From a virus (Duplodnaviria > Caudoviricetes), in IMG/VR virus record IMGVR_UViG_3300027740_000003, positions 64,001 through 128,000 of that record: a DNA stretch of 64,000 nt; one strand, written 5' to 3'. This document shows positions 35,416 through 47,162 of the stretch, piece by piece. The stretch's first letter is position 1, and every line of letters starts with the position of its first letter. Both the position numbers and the translations under genes were made by a program. Below the pieces are notes generated by a model. That model was not told the DNA's origin and did not search any database. It worked only from the letters and a program-made list of their open reading frames with translations.

Positions 35416-38400
35416 GACTGATTGTCTTAACCCGTTTTTAGACGGGAACCGTTCCTATTGGATTTTCTTTAATGTTGTTCTTGATGGCTTTCCCGGTCCA
35501 TATAGGGCCAGTACAGGGTGGTTATACCCTCACCTCATCTTAACCTCTACATTTATGTCAAGTTAGTTGACTCTAGACAATCCACCAGTGGGAACCATTT
35601 CGCCCGGTTCTAAGGCTTCCACACACAAACCATTTATCCTAAAAACTTTTAAACTTTAGAGCTTCTACTTCGGAGGGCCTCTCGCAGACATATCTCTCTC
35701 CTTTTTAGGTGTTCTCGTCAGGACACAAAACGATCCTCAAAGAGTCAATCCCGCCGACAAAATCGGCGTACAGAAGAGGTTTCAGACCGGCTGGATACCA
35801 AATCTTAACTTCGATATCATTTGCCGGATTCTTGGCAAGCTCTTTGATAAGCTCAAGCTCTTTGATTAGTTGCTCCAATGTCATTGACTCGGAAACCTTT
35901 CTGCAATGTCTCCCCAACATCCCACACGCCAGATACCACGCCACCTTACCAACGTGGTTGCATACGGGTCCCCAGCATTCAAATACGTTGCACCAAAAAA
36001 CTCAGTGCATGTATCCTTAGGATGCGGCATGTACTCAACCCCATACGTGCCAAGACATTCATTCAATGCCTCGGCCCGAACCTCACTCAACCATGGCTCA
36101 TTGAAACAACTCAACCGCCACTTGTAAGTAAGTGGATACTTCTCCTCCAATAGAAGAAGCAATGAAGACTTATTTGCCTTCAGAATCTTCCGTAGCTCCA
36201 AAGCCTTTTCCTTGTCCACTCTCGGAATATTCATCAAGGTCTTGACTGATGGGAATCGTGTCTGAGCCATTTGTTTTTACACCCTACCAGTAGATTCCCC
36301 ATGCGTCGCCATCACTATTTGGTTCTACCACAAACCCGATTTCACGAAGTTTTTCAATTGTTATACTTGCAAGGCTTCTTTTGATGGCAATATATGATTG
36401 CCCAGCCTTTGCAGCCTCTACAATAAGCTCCTCAATATAAGGAAGATCTACTGCCAGAGTGGCCGCCTCTGTCATCCTCTTTGCTTCTTCTGCTGTGATC
36501 ATCTGTTATCTCCCAGATCGTAGTTTATCTTCTTAGCTAGATAGTCCTTGGCTTTAATGATTGCACCTTGCACATTTAGAGCAGAAACCCTAATGAGCCA
36601 GCCGTGGTTGTTCTTGGAGTTAAGCTTCGGGGTTTGTGGCCTGGAGACAATCTCCGTCTTGGTTGGACCAAAAACAGTACCAATTTCCCTCTTTATTTCT
36701 GGTACCCACCCATTAATATCAACTTCAACAAGATACACACTTTCAGACATCTAGCCCTCCCATCTGCTTTACCAGAATGTGATGCTTGCCAATCTTAATG
36801 TCCGGCTCAATCCCAAATTCCCGGCCAACTCCATCTTGAAACTCATCCCAACCAACCAAGGTTAGAATAAGCTCTCCCTCCCGGTCCCGCCGAGAATGAT
36901 AATACTCCCCACAACCCTGGCACTTTAACCCCCGCCGAGTCTGCCTTAGTATCCCATGACAAGCCGGACACTCCTCCCCTTCCATCCGGTCCTCAGAAGC
37001 ATCAAAGAGAAACTCCTCCTCAAATGCCTTTGCATATGCCTCAACCTCAGCCCGGGAAAACCATGCCCAGTGTACCCACGTTTCCCCAATCTCTCCATAA
37101 CGGCGCGTCCCTTGGGAAATTGGCTGCGGTCCGTGATTCACTGGATCAATGAGAAACCTTGGGAACCCAGCCCTCTCTAGCCAATCAAGAGTCCTCTTCT
37201 GTAAACTCCCGGCATATTCATATGAAGCAAGCCGCCTGGCTTCATCCTGCGCCGCTATATGCGCCTCCCTCTTGATATTCCGAATATCATTGTTCATTGT
37301 GGCTCCTACCTGACTTAATGGTCAGTTTTAAATGGATTAGAGAAAGCTTTAACTTGGTGGCCTGCTAGCCATTGCTTGAGACTCACACGTTTCCACTTTC
37401 GTGGGCAGGTTCTGTCAGTCTCTCTTTCTCTCTGCTTTTGATTGGCTTCTCCTGGCACGCCGCCATCCGCCAATAAGAACTTGTTGGATAATGCTTCCGC
37501 TTCTACGAGGTTTCCCTCTCCACTTCCACACCTTCTAAACCATACTTACCAAACACAGAACAGTCATAGGCTTTCTGGCTTAATAGCTCTCCAACAAAAC
37601 TACCTAATCAGGCAAGGCTGTTATTGTTCCTACACTCCTGATATAGTCTTTTATGACTTGCTTTTTAGCTCAAGCATAACTATCGGAAGTCCATCCAATG
37701 TGGAATACACAACGTCCACAATAGTGTAGATGTTTGTCCAAGTATTATGCTGGTCAGCCACTTTACCCTCAATAGATTCTCCAATCCGGGGGACCGACAC
37801 AACATATTTAGGCCAAATAATTGTATATTCGGCGGCTACATCTGTATAACCACCATCAACTGGTTTACAGTTGCCATTTTTAGACCACTGCGTAAAACAT
37901 TGCACTGGAATCATACTTAATACCTTTCTTTTTGTTCCCTACCTGGCAATTGAAACCAGGTTCTCCTATCATAAAGAGTAGGCACATAGAACCACAAGAG
38001 GGCCACCGGCCGGTAGCTTACTCATCATGCTCTAGGGAATACCATCCTTGCTTTTGCTTTTAAGCTACGTAGGATTCACCCACGGTGGGATATGAGCCCA
38101 CATCTTCCTTGGTTCTACCAAGGGACTTTAGCAAGGCTCCCTGAAGTTCCCATTTAATATTCTACATTATCAAATGGCCGGATTCAGGAGCCCCATTCTC
38201 AGGGTGATCCGGTGTAGTTTGTTTACTCTGGCACCTTGTCCAGAACCTCCACATATGTGGTCGAATACCATACCCCAGTATAGTCCACCGAAGGGAAATC
38301 TAACGGCATCATCTTACACGCAAGATTATCCACTGCCGACGCTTTTATATTTCCCAAATATTCGCCAATCCCAAGCTCTTTCGCTTTCTTGTTGGCGAGA

Positions 38401-39903
38401 TCACAATGGAGAATAGCGTCGTTTTCGGAATGATATGCTGCCACATTCCATTCCCGCCGAGAATCACCTTCTCCCGTTTCTCCCACAACTAACCAGACTT
38501 TCTTTGGCATTTTTATCCTTGAATGGGAGTCCCTTCGTCTGGCGCCTCTTCCCATGATTCATCTACTTCATACATGGTTCCCTCCTTATCCTCACTTCGG
38601 AACCCAAACCTTTTACAGTTTGGATTCCGCTTGTCAAGACAAGTACCAGCCTACCTACACGCAACCCAGGTTCCCCTGAGCTTCGACTCCAATCCTTGAT
38701 GCTTCTCCCGCAATGCCACCGGCCCAGGTTCCGGATTCGTCTCCGTGGGTGTCGCCTTATCTCCTCCACACCGCCGGTGTGGCTTCCCAGGATGACTGAA
38801 TGCCTCCTGCCCACACTTCCCACATCGACACTTCGTAAAAGATTGCTGATGTACCCGCTTCATTTCTTATGCCCTTTCTTGCCCCTTGAGAGGCTTTACA
38901 AATCGTTTTTAACTGCCCCTAGCAACCTAGGGGCTTGGTTGGCTCAAAGCCTTTAGCGCCGGGAAGAGATTCTTTGAATCCACTTGCAGGTTCCACACTC
39001 TCCCCCAGGATCCTGCACACCTAGCTTGGCACCACACTTGACGCAATATGTCAAAGCAGCATTTGCTTCTAGTTGCTTTTCTCCCAGATTTTGTGGCCAC
39101 TCAACCACAATGCCATTGAACAGTTTCTCAAATTTAATGGGCATCTTTACAGACACCCAAGATAAGAAATCATCCCAGGATCCACACCTGCGTCTGCCTG
39201 GCCAAAAGCTTCCACCTTGTCCCACCCAGTCAGATACAACACCTTCTCTGCCTCGGAAAGCTTGTCCGGCAAGAGACACTCAAATACCATCGTGTCCCCT
39301 TCATCCCAACTCTTCCCACAAATCCTCCCCAAATCACGAAACAAGGAAAACGGAATATCCATCTTCGCAGAGTGGAGAATCAATGTGGGCCTGCCCTTGA
39401 CAGATTGCCCTACTTTATAGGTCTTTCCCATTGTTTTTAGTCCTTTCAGGAGTTGTGCTTATCCCACGCTTCCTTAGTCATACCTCCTGGAATGTGCTCC
39501 AGGATTTCTTCCATGGTTAGCTGAGAAGGATCCCAATCCAAAAACTTCCTGGCCTGCTGAATCGCTTCCTCAACATCTTCAGCAAAAATCCTAACGCCCT
39601 TGCTTAGGGTTCCATCCCACATTTTGGTGGGATCATTGGGCACCGGGTCAAAATGGTAGGGTATCACAGATGAAATCTTGCCATCTTTGGCAATCTCAAC
39701 AATGTATGTGGGCATGGTCGTATTCTCCTTGGTAAAAGATTAGGACTGTGTGGAGGCACTCAGCCGTATAAAAGCTATACCTCTTTGCATTGCAATGCCC
39801 GCTGATTCACAAGTCCCCTTGCAAGGGAAAACCTGCTTATCATTAAGGTTATCATCTCCTAGGAGCGATAATAACCAAGCCTTGGATACACACAGTTTCC
39901 TAG

Positions 39904-39974
39904 TAGGGCATGACGGTATCGATCCGTCGTCGATCGGTTAAAAGCCGATAGCTCTACCTTTGAGCTAATGCCCC
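39904..39974 (-). tRNA. tRNA-Lys(TTT)
   Basis: Acceptor GGGGCAT/ATGCCCT, D stem GCTC/GAGC, arm ATCGG-CTTTTAA-CCGAT, T loop ATCGATA (A instead of T54). Confidence 0.85.
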
Positions 39975-39980
39975 AAATGT

Positions 39981-40418
39981 TTACTCAACCCAGAAATAAT
40001 AATTTCTTTCTTTCGCTGTTTTCCTCCTATGACAGTTTGCACACCTTACTTCACATTTCTCTATCTCTATCTTTAGAGCCGGAAATGTCTGATGGGCTAT
40101 TCCGTTGGCTATACTAAACTTCTTCTCTCCTCGAACATGATCAAACTCTAATACAACAGGGTCTGATTCGCCACAGTCTACACAAGGATGTAAAGCCAGA
40201 TGTTCCCAAACATACAACCGAACTTTATGTCTGGTGTCTTTGTTGTTTTTCTTAACCCTCTGTTTATACTTGGGGTCTTCTCGATACCTTCGGTTGTTGT
40301 CCTCGCGAACACAGACTTTACACCTTGTTTGCAAACCATCTTTCTTGGCTTTATTCTCTCCCCAATCTGAGAGAGGTTTTGTCTCACCACATTTATTGCA
40401 CTTTTTCACTTCCCGCAT
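39981..40418 (-). CDS. HNH endonuclease with N-terminal Zn ribbon
   Basis: CNKC...CKVC, then CVDCG...LEFDHV...CEVRCANCHRRKT. Confidence 0.85.
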   Translation of the reverse strand: MREVKKCNKCGETKPLSDWGENKAKKDGLQTRCKVCVREDNNRRYREDPKYKQRVKKNNKDTRHKVRLYVWEHLALHPCVDCGESDPVVLEFDHVRGEKKFSIANGIAHQTFPALKIEIEKCEVRCANCHRRKTAKERNYYFWVE

Positions 40419-41194
40419 TATTATATGCGGGACTATTAGTTATAGGTGAGATTAAAAGTCAGAGAATGGTTTAAATGCCTCGAAAGAAAGCATGAACTGC
40501 CTTCTTAAGTCTCTTCTTCCACCTTAACCCACATGCTCGGGTTATTCTCGTCCTCCTCACGAAAGACCTCGAAAGTAGTTATGGTGGATGAACCATAAAG
40601 CCGCTTCGCCTTAACTCCACCATTATACCTGCTTACACTTACGGCTTTCAGTTTCATTCGCTTTCCTTTTCAGGAACCCACAAAAGAATGCTCCTACCTT
40701 CCTCCCAAAGGAAGGAAGTACCATCAAGCTCGAAAAGCTCACCAAGATGATCCCCTAACCATGAAGGAATAACAATACTGCATTCCGTAAGGTTATCCAC
40801 AAGCTCATGGCCAGTGATGGCAGTCAGCCCCGAATCTCCCCAGGTATGCTCCTTGCTTATCACCTTCCCAAGAGAGATGATCTGCTCTTTGGTGAGAAAC
40901 TCAAGGCAGAACTCCTCTAGGGAGTAAAGTTTGATTAGCTCTGGCTCTTGCATGGTGCCTCGCTATGCTCTTCGCAAACCCCAGGACCACCAAGCCGCCA
41001 AGGCTTGGAAAAGTCAGCCATTTCCACAAGCTCCTTCATGCACTCTTCCAAAAATTTTGGAACCCTGCTTTCCAGCGGAAAAGCACAGATATCGGAATGA
41101 ACCGATTCTCCATCACTCTTCCGGATGTATTCGATTTCATATAAGAGGCGCATTGTTTCCCCTGCTTTTGGCCTTCAATGTTGGTTAAAAACCT

Positions 41195-41551
41195 CTAAGA
41201 GGCGCAGCTCCCAACCTTGCTCCGAAAGGAGCTCGCGATAATCCTTGCCATTAACAAGGAAGTTGTCCTCAAATGCCTGGAGTCCAGAATGTCCTTGGCT
41301 TCCTTCAAACCAAGGTTAAGACATTCACGAATGAGTTTGATGGCTTTGATGTATCTTCCTTGCTGCGGAGAATACAAGGATTGGTAGCCTACATTGCCAT
41401 CCTCCTCCGCAGCAAGAGGATGATAGACAAATTCGTAAATCATCAGTTTACGATTGGGAGAAGAAGGCCCAACAACAGCAAGAACTCGCAAAAGTTCGTC
41501 CTTCTCTGGTTCCGACAGAGACTCAACAAATTTTCTGAAGTTCATGATCAT
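41195..41551 (-). CDS. Protein with bL12 CTD-like motif
   Basis: [24 protein letters not shown]. Confidence 0.7.
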   Translation of the reverse strand: [118 protein letters not shown]

Positions 41552-42643
41552 CCCCTTTCAGGACAATGCCTCGATAGACACCCGTGGAGTGGCAACAACC
41601 CACATCCACCCAACAATATTGCCCTGGACCCTGACGGCAACTTGCCACCAACCAAGCCCACCATGGCCAAGCAGAATAACTGCCTCCCCATCCTCCGGAA
41701 GAGCATCATACTCAACCTCGGGAATCATTATCCTCTCACCCTTGGCTGTCCACGCTTCCGTTGCCATGTCTTGTTCTCCTTATCCAACCGGCGTCCCATC
41801 AATGGAAGAAAATTGTTCCAACTGTCCGGCTGGAACTACAAAAGTTCCAGGCTCAAAACTATACCTATCATTTTTGGGCCGGCTATTCACCTTTACGTAT
41901 TGCTCCTTTACCTCCTTAACCAAACCCATTTGCATGGCTCGGTGAATACAGGAGCATCGAATACAAGTTCTTTCGTACCTGATAGGTGCCTTCGGCCCAT
42001 CACAGTATGGTCCACAACACCTGCTAGTCAGAGCGAAGTCCAAAAGATTGTCCAAAAGAACAAATCTTCTCTTGGTCTTTTTGTCCATGTCTTGTTCTCC
42101 TTTTTGGTAGCCCCTTCCAGACTTGAACTGGAACACCATTGCTGGCGAGGGATTTTAAATCCCTTGTGTCTGCCTTTCCACCAAGAGGCCTTATTTCACA
42201 CATCCATAGATTCTATAGCCAGGTTTTTACCTGGCCTAGATCAAGGAATCGGAATAAAACAGTACAGCTATCCTCTAGCATCCCAGCAGAGAATGCATTC
42301 CCTAGATATCTCATATTATTCCCTCCCCAAAATCTACCTTGATTTCGAGGCCCAAACCAATGCTTGGACCCCGCTTATCAAGATAACCATGCCTACGGAC
42401 AGAAAGCCACTTCCACTTTAGGATTAATTCCAGGAATCAGAATAGCCAAGGCCATCCCAGTAGAATAGAATGTTCCCCCCGAACCAAACAATGCTTGGGA
42501 AATGCAGCTATTCACCACATTGCTTGCCCATTCCTCCGGATCCCTACCTGGATTGTTAGCCGCTAGGTTCTTCTCCTTGATAAGGTCAATCACAGCATCG
42601 TAGCGCTGTGGAAAATCACATAGCCCACGATAGTATTCGTCCC

Positions 42644-43102
42644 TCATGGCTCCTCTTCTTCTGCACAAGCACTGTTTTGCTTGTACTCATACCAACTTCC
42701 TAGAACTTGAAATCCTTCACAGCTGTACATTGATACAGCTGACATTAAATCACACTTGCCAGATGTATGCCCCAATCCGTAGAAATGCCCTACCTCATGG
42801 GCAAGCACCAACGCCCCGTCATACCGCAATGCCTCCGGCTGGGCTTCCGGATCAATCCATATCTCCCCTCGGGTAAGGTTCGCTTTCCCAAGTCCAGATC
42901 CGGAAAGCTCCTTTACACCTACCAATATGGACCCTTCCCCACACCCTTCCTCTGTCCCCCATATTGCTTCCGTTAACTCCAGTTCACAGTCCTGGATCTC
43001 AGCAGAAGGACAGAGGCGAATCTTCTCCCCTAAAGAGAAGGTTTCTACAGAAGCACCTGAACACCCTACAAGGAAGAGAGCCGCGAAGAGCTTAAAAGAC
43101 AT
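42644..43102 (-). CDS. Matrixin-like (metzincin) metalloprotease lipoprotein
   Basis: Lipobox LVGC; HExxHxxGxxH motif (HEVGHFYGLGH) followed by Met-turn DLMS. Confidence 0.8.
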   Translation of the reverse strand: MSFKLFAALFLVGCSGASVETFSLGEKIRLCPSAEIQDCELELTEAIWGTEEGCGEGSILVGVKELSGSGLGKANLTRGEIWIDPEAQPEALRYDGALVLAHEVGHFYGLGHTSGKCDLMSAVSMYSCEGFQVLGSWYEYKQNSACAEEEEP

Positions 43103-44918
43103 TCTTTTCCTTTATGACTCATCCTCTTCCGGACAAACATCGTCCAGATAATCGGTGATTGATTCCCCAGGCTTCCGGGCACGGGCCAATCCCCCATCCT
43201 TTGCTAACCCCTGCCGAGAAGCAAGATGATATCCAAAATGCTCCTCATCCCAAGGATCACACCCATACTGCTTATCCAACTGGTTTTCGTCAAACTCGCT
43301 CACTTGACTTTAACCACCTTTCCGCCCTTCAGCTCCACTTGTGCATACCAAGTATGTGCCGCGGGGAAATGTGGCCCCTCAACAGCGCAACTGCCATTCT
43401 CTGGGGGATCCCCAAAGGGACCAGGGTTATAGACCTCAACAACCTTGCCGGCTGCCACAGCTTCCTTCAGAGCCTTCTTGGTCTTGAAATTGATGCTCGT
43501 ATACATGGTTCTCCTTTTGGGGGAGTTTAACACCCCAAACTATACCACAAGCCCGTTTCTAGCTTGGGATTCTTTACCCCAGCTTGCTTGAGAAATTCAG
43601 CCATGCAATCCTTGTCCAGAAGGGTGTCCGGATTGTTGCCAAAACTCACTGGAGAAGCGCAAATCAAATCATGAACCTTATCCCAGTCCACGCCGATATA
43701 TTCACAGAATGCATAGGCAGGAACAATGTCCCTTGACTCAATCCGCGGAAAACTCTTCTTTTTGATTGCCATAAAACCCTCCAGAGTTGTGTTCTGATTT
43801 CAGGGGATAATCTCTTATCCCCCGCGTATCAAAGCACAAGCCGAATCTGCACCATGCTCAATCTTCTGGTTTGTGAGTTGTCCTGGACATAGCAACGGAA
43901 CATGCTTTCTGGACCAGACGATTCTTTTCTTGAGTAAAGTTCGGATGACCATTGCTATCAGGCAAGAAATAGCACCTATCCCCATTGTCAATGTAGAAAT
44001 TGACTCCGGTCAAGTCCTCAACCGCACTGACAATCTGTGAAGAATCACAAATCGTTTGATGGTTCATGCCCTGAAGCTTCTTTCTTGCTACCGAAAGATC
44101 ACAGTCCTCTAGTTCTGAGAGAACCTGTGTTGCTTTGGCATCTCCACATATAGTCCTCACAGCGAGAACCGCAAGACGTTTATTGAATGTCAACATAGCT
44201 CCTAACACTCCTTTATGTTCAGAAACCCAAATGGAGCCACGATAATCTGGGAGCGGCCTGGCGGGATATGTTTCCAGGTAAATGCCCATAAGAACCAACA
44301 AATAATCGTGGACCTATTCGGATTCCTGAACCTTTCCAGAAACCCTAGCGCCTACTCCTTAGCTACCCTCTTGCACCAATCATAGGCCTTGGCGAAGGCT
44401 TCTCCACTATCCGCATTGGATAGTGAAGATAGCTTACTCACATACATCACCACAATGGGATGTGTGTTCTTCTCTTCCGTATAGAACTCCGGATGTTCCT
44501 CCGACAACCAGGTAAGGAACTGTGAGAGACTATGCACAACCCCTGATAGGTTGCACGCATCCTGAACCAGGATTGCCTCTTTTGCCCAATGCTGAATGGT
44601 TTTGGCCATTTCCCTCCTTAACAGGCATATTTAAAACCACCTGAATATTGACGAAACCCGTCATATTCCCAATGATTTCCAGCATTGAGAACATCCACAA
44701 GAAGCCCGGCCTTCTGCTCTTCAGAGAAAGCTGATTCGTACTTGTTTCTAGCTTCCTCTCTGGAAGCTGCTTCACAATGAAGCGTTGCTGTCCTTTCGCA
44801 CCAAATGCCTAGTATTATGTACTTGGCCATTTTATGCTCCTCCAGATCTAAAAAGGAACTCCAATAGATATTGACTTCGGGTCCCCAAGCCCATACTTGA
44901 GAACCCGCCTGTCAAGGC

Positions 44919-45284
44919 CTATAGAACAATAATGTACCCAGCCTCGTCTAGCTCCTTTTCCAAGGCGTTAAAAGCCTCGGTTGTTAACCCTTTTGGAAGA
45001 CACAACTTGCCGGCTTCCACTTGATCCTTGGCTTCCTGAAGGAAGATCCCAAAAATATCTCGGATAGACTTTATGGCCTTGATTTTGTTCTGGGGCTTAT
45101 CTTTCTTTTCCTCTAGGGGAATGACGGTTTCGCCAGAATGTGCACCCGAAGCCTCAATCCTGGCTTTCGCTTCCCATTGATGAAGAACCCCATTGTTCCT
45201 AGCTATAGCAAACAACCAGATGAATGCCTGCTCTTGTTCCTCTTGAGTACAGTTCTCAAGAAACTCAAGACTTAACTTCAACAT
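44919..45284 (-). CDS. Protein with C-terminal bL12 CTD-like domain
   Basis: KIKAIKSIRDIFGIFLQEAKDQVEAG...ALEKELDEAGYIIVL. Confidence 0.75.
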   Translation of the reverse strand: MLKLSLEFLENCTQEEQEQAFIWLFAIARNNGVLHQWEAKARIEASGAHSGETVIPLEEKKDKPQNKIKAIKSIRDIFGIFLQEAKDQVEAGKLCLPKGLTTEAFNALEKELDEAGYIIVL

Positions 45285-45916
45285 TTTTCCTCCTGTTGAG
45301 TCCGGAGAATAGAACTAACGGACAGTTAAGCACCATGTGTCCAACCCTGTAAGCGGATTGGGATACTTAACCATCCGGTAGATTAACAGAGATTATGTGG
45401 TATTAGATTAGGCTCGATCTGCTAACCCCCACATAATCTCTTGGCCCTTCTCCCAGGTCTTAAACCTGTACCCCAGCTTATAGCCAGGCAGAGAAGGTTT
45501 TCTTCTAGGCTACTTCCTTCCGAAAAGGACTGCTCCACAACACACCGCCACAAACAGGCAGAGAAGATTGCTCCACTCTGCCCATTCCGGTGCATAGGTC
45601 CGCAAGCAGTAAGACGCCCCGAAGATAACCAACACCGTCAGACCAGCCTTGACCAGGAATCCCATGACATTGCCCTTTCTTGCCACCTAGGATGCCCTAG
45701 GAAGCGTTTTCGCTTCGTTTACGTATCCTAGAGCCTACCGGAACCAAAACGGCTCTCAGTGACTGCTAGGGGACAAGGATGCCCGAATGGGGAACCGACC
45801 CCCGATTATGCTACAGGGAACTGCCCCCCGATTATGCCATTAAAGCCTCCAAAAGCTTTTGCATTCGCATAATCACCAACCAGCCCTATGGAAGGCTTTT
45901 GGTATCAGGCGTTATT

Positions 45917-46342
45917 TTAGACCTCCCGGAATCTACAGTTCCAGAACCCCGGAGGATCTTCCATTCGGTCTGACATTCTCCAAATGGTGAATATCGAAAC
46001 CCCATGCACATTCCTCGAAGCACAAAGCTTCGGATCGGCATTGACCCGAACCACCTCTACCTTATACCCCTTAGCTTCCCCTACACGAATGTAAGGAGCC
46101 ATTTCCCACAGGGTCATGTTCGTGTTGTCAATGACAATGTTTGGATAACCTTCCACCAGTTCCAAGAACCGGCAGAAACAGGCATTGTGAGCCTGACTGA
46201 TCTTGTTGGGATCGAAGACGTATCTCCCATCCACCATGAAGAAATCGTCAGTGGAGACGATTGCTGCCGTGGGACAGTTGTTCTTTGCCCATGTACTTTT
46301 GCCAGACCCAGGAAGGCCTTGCATGATGATCAGCTTGTGCAT
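45917..46342 (-). CDS. P-loop kinase, polynucleotide-kinase/N4BP2-like (AAA_33 type)
   Basis: GLPGSGKST Walker A, STDDFF, VIDNTN, RNVHGV; start MHKLII at 46342 preferred over the track's TTG at 46405. Confidence 0.8.
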   Translation of the reverse strand: MHKLIIMQGLPGSGKSTWAKNNCPTAAIVSTDDFFMVDGRYVFDPNKISQAHNACFCRFLELVEGYPNIVIDNTNMTLWEMAPYIRVGEAKGYKVEVVRVNADPKLCASRNVHGVSIFTIWRMSDRMEDPPGFWNCRFREV

Positions 46343-46757
46343 ATACCCTCTTGGTTGAAAGATTGGCTTCGGGGTCAGATCCTCATATCTAACCCCGCTT
46401 GTCAAGCTTTCAGTCCTTATCCTCTCAACCCGTGCCCAGGTTTCTGAACCTTGATATCCTCAGCAGATATCACTTCACATCTTAACTCATGTCCACACCG
46501 ATGCTCCCGGCGGGGCAACATGAATACAGTATAAGTTCGGAAAAGCTTATTCAACTCCAGACCATAATCGAACCCCAGGGCATTTGCCTGCTTCTGGGCT
46601 TCTGCCCTGGCTTCGTGATAGTCTTTGAACATTGTTTCAGTCCTCCTGGTTCCTCCGCTGACTTTCTGGTTCCTCCGCTGACTTTTGCTCTCATCCGAGA
46701 TCTTCCCTCAGGTTATGAACCTACACCCCCATGACCAGGGTTAGGGAAGAAAAACTA

Positions 46758-47162
46758 CTAGGAAGATGCTGGGGGAGGCAGCCGGGGACAAGGAGGCACG
46801 GGTCCCTCCCAAACTAGAACAGGCCAAGCGTCCCGAAGGAAATCTTGGTCATCGATGGTATGCTGGACAGAGCAGGGCCGCGGCTTAATTTCCAATGGAT
46901 CATAGATCCACGGGTTGCCAGGGCAAATGCTTTCCACTAAGTTCTTTGCGTCTAGCAAACTCAGGTCAAGAAGAATCCTGACAATCTTGATGGCTGAGAT
47001 TTTCCCGGTAACACCTACACACTTATAGGTGATTTCCCCTGCCTTGGCTTTCTTTGCCTTCGCACTCGGAAGCAAACCACAAGCCCGGAGAACCCGTGGA
47101 AGAGCTTCGTCCGGCACTTCCACAGTCATGTCAAAGCCCTGCCGTGTAATACTTACCCTCAT
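46758..47162 (-). CDS. Protein with bL12 CTD-like motif; paralog of 24412-24813
   Basis: KISAIKIVRILLDLSLLDAKNLVES, then PWIYDP and VWEGP shared with 24412 (PWIYNP, IWEGP); likely start MRVSIT. Confidence 0.65.
   Translation of the reverse strand: MRVSITRQGFDMTVEVPDEALPRVLRACGLLPSAKAKKAKAGEITYKCVGVTGKISAIKIVRILLDLSLLDAKNLVESICPGNPWIYDPLEIKPRPCSVQHTIDDQDFLRDAWPVLVWEGPVPPCPRLPPPASS

Noticed and set aside
41273-42421. 382-aa plus-strand ORF, and the many other plus-strand ORFs between 675 and 50316
   Set aside because: They are antisense shadows of well-formed minus-strand genes with SDs and overlaps, and carry no recognisable motifs.
46646-46685. Exact 20-nt tandem duplication CTGGTTCCTCCGCTGACTTT
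   Set aside because: Only two copies in an intergenic or leader position; most simply a slippage duplication with no evidence of function.
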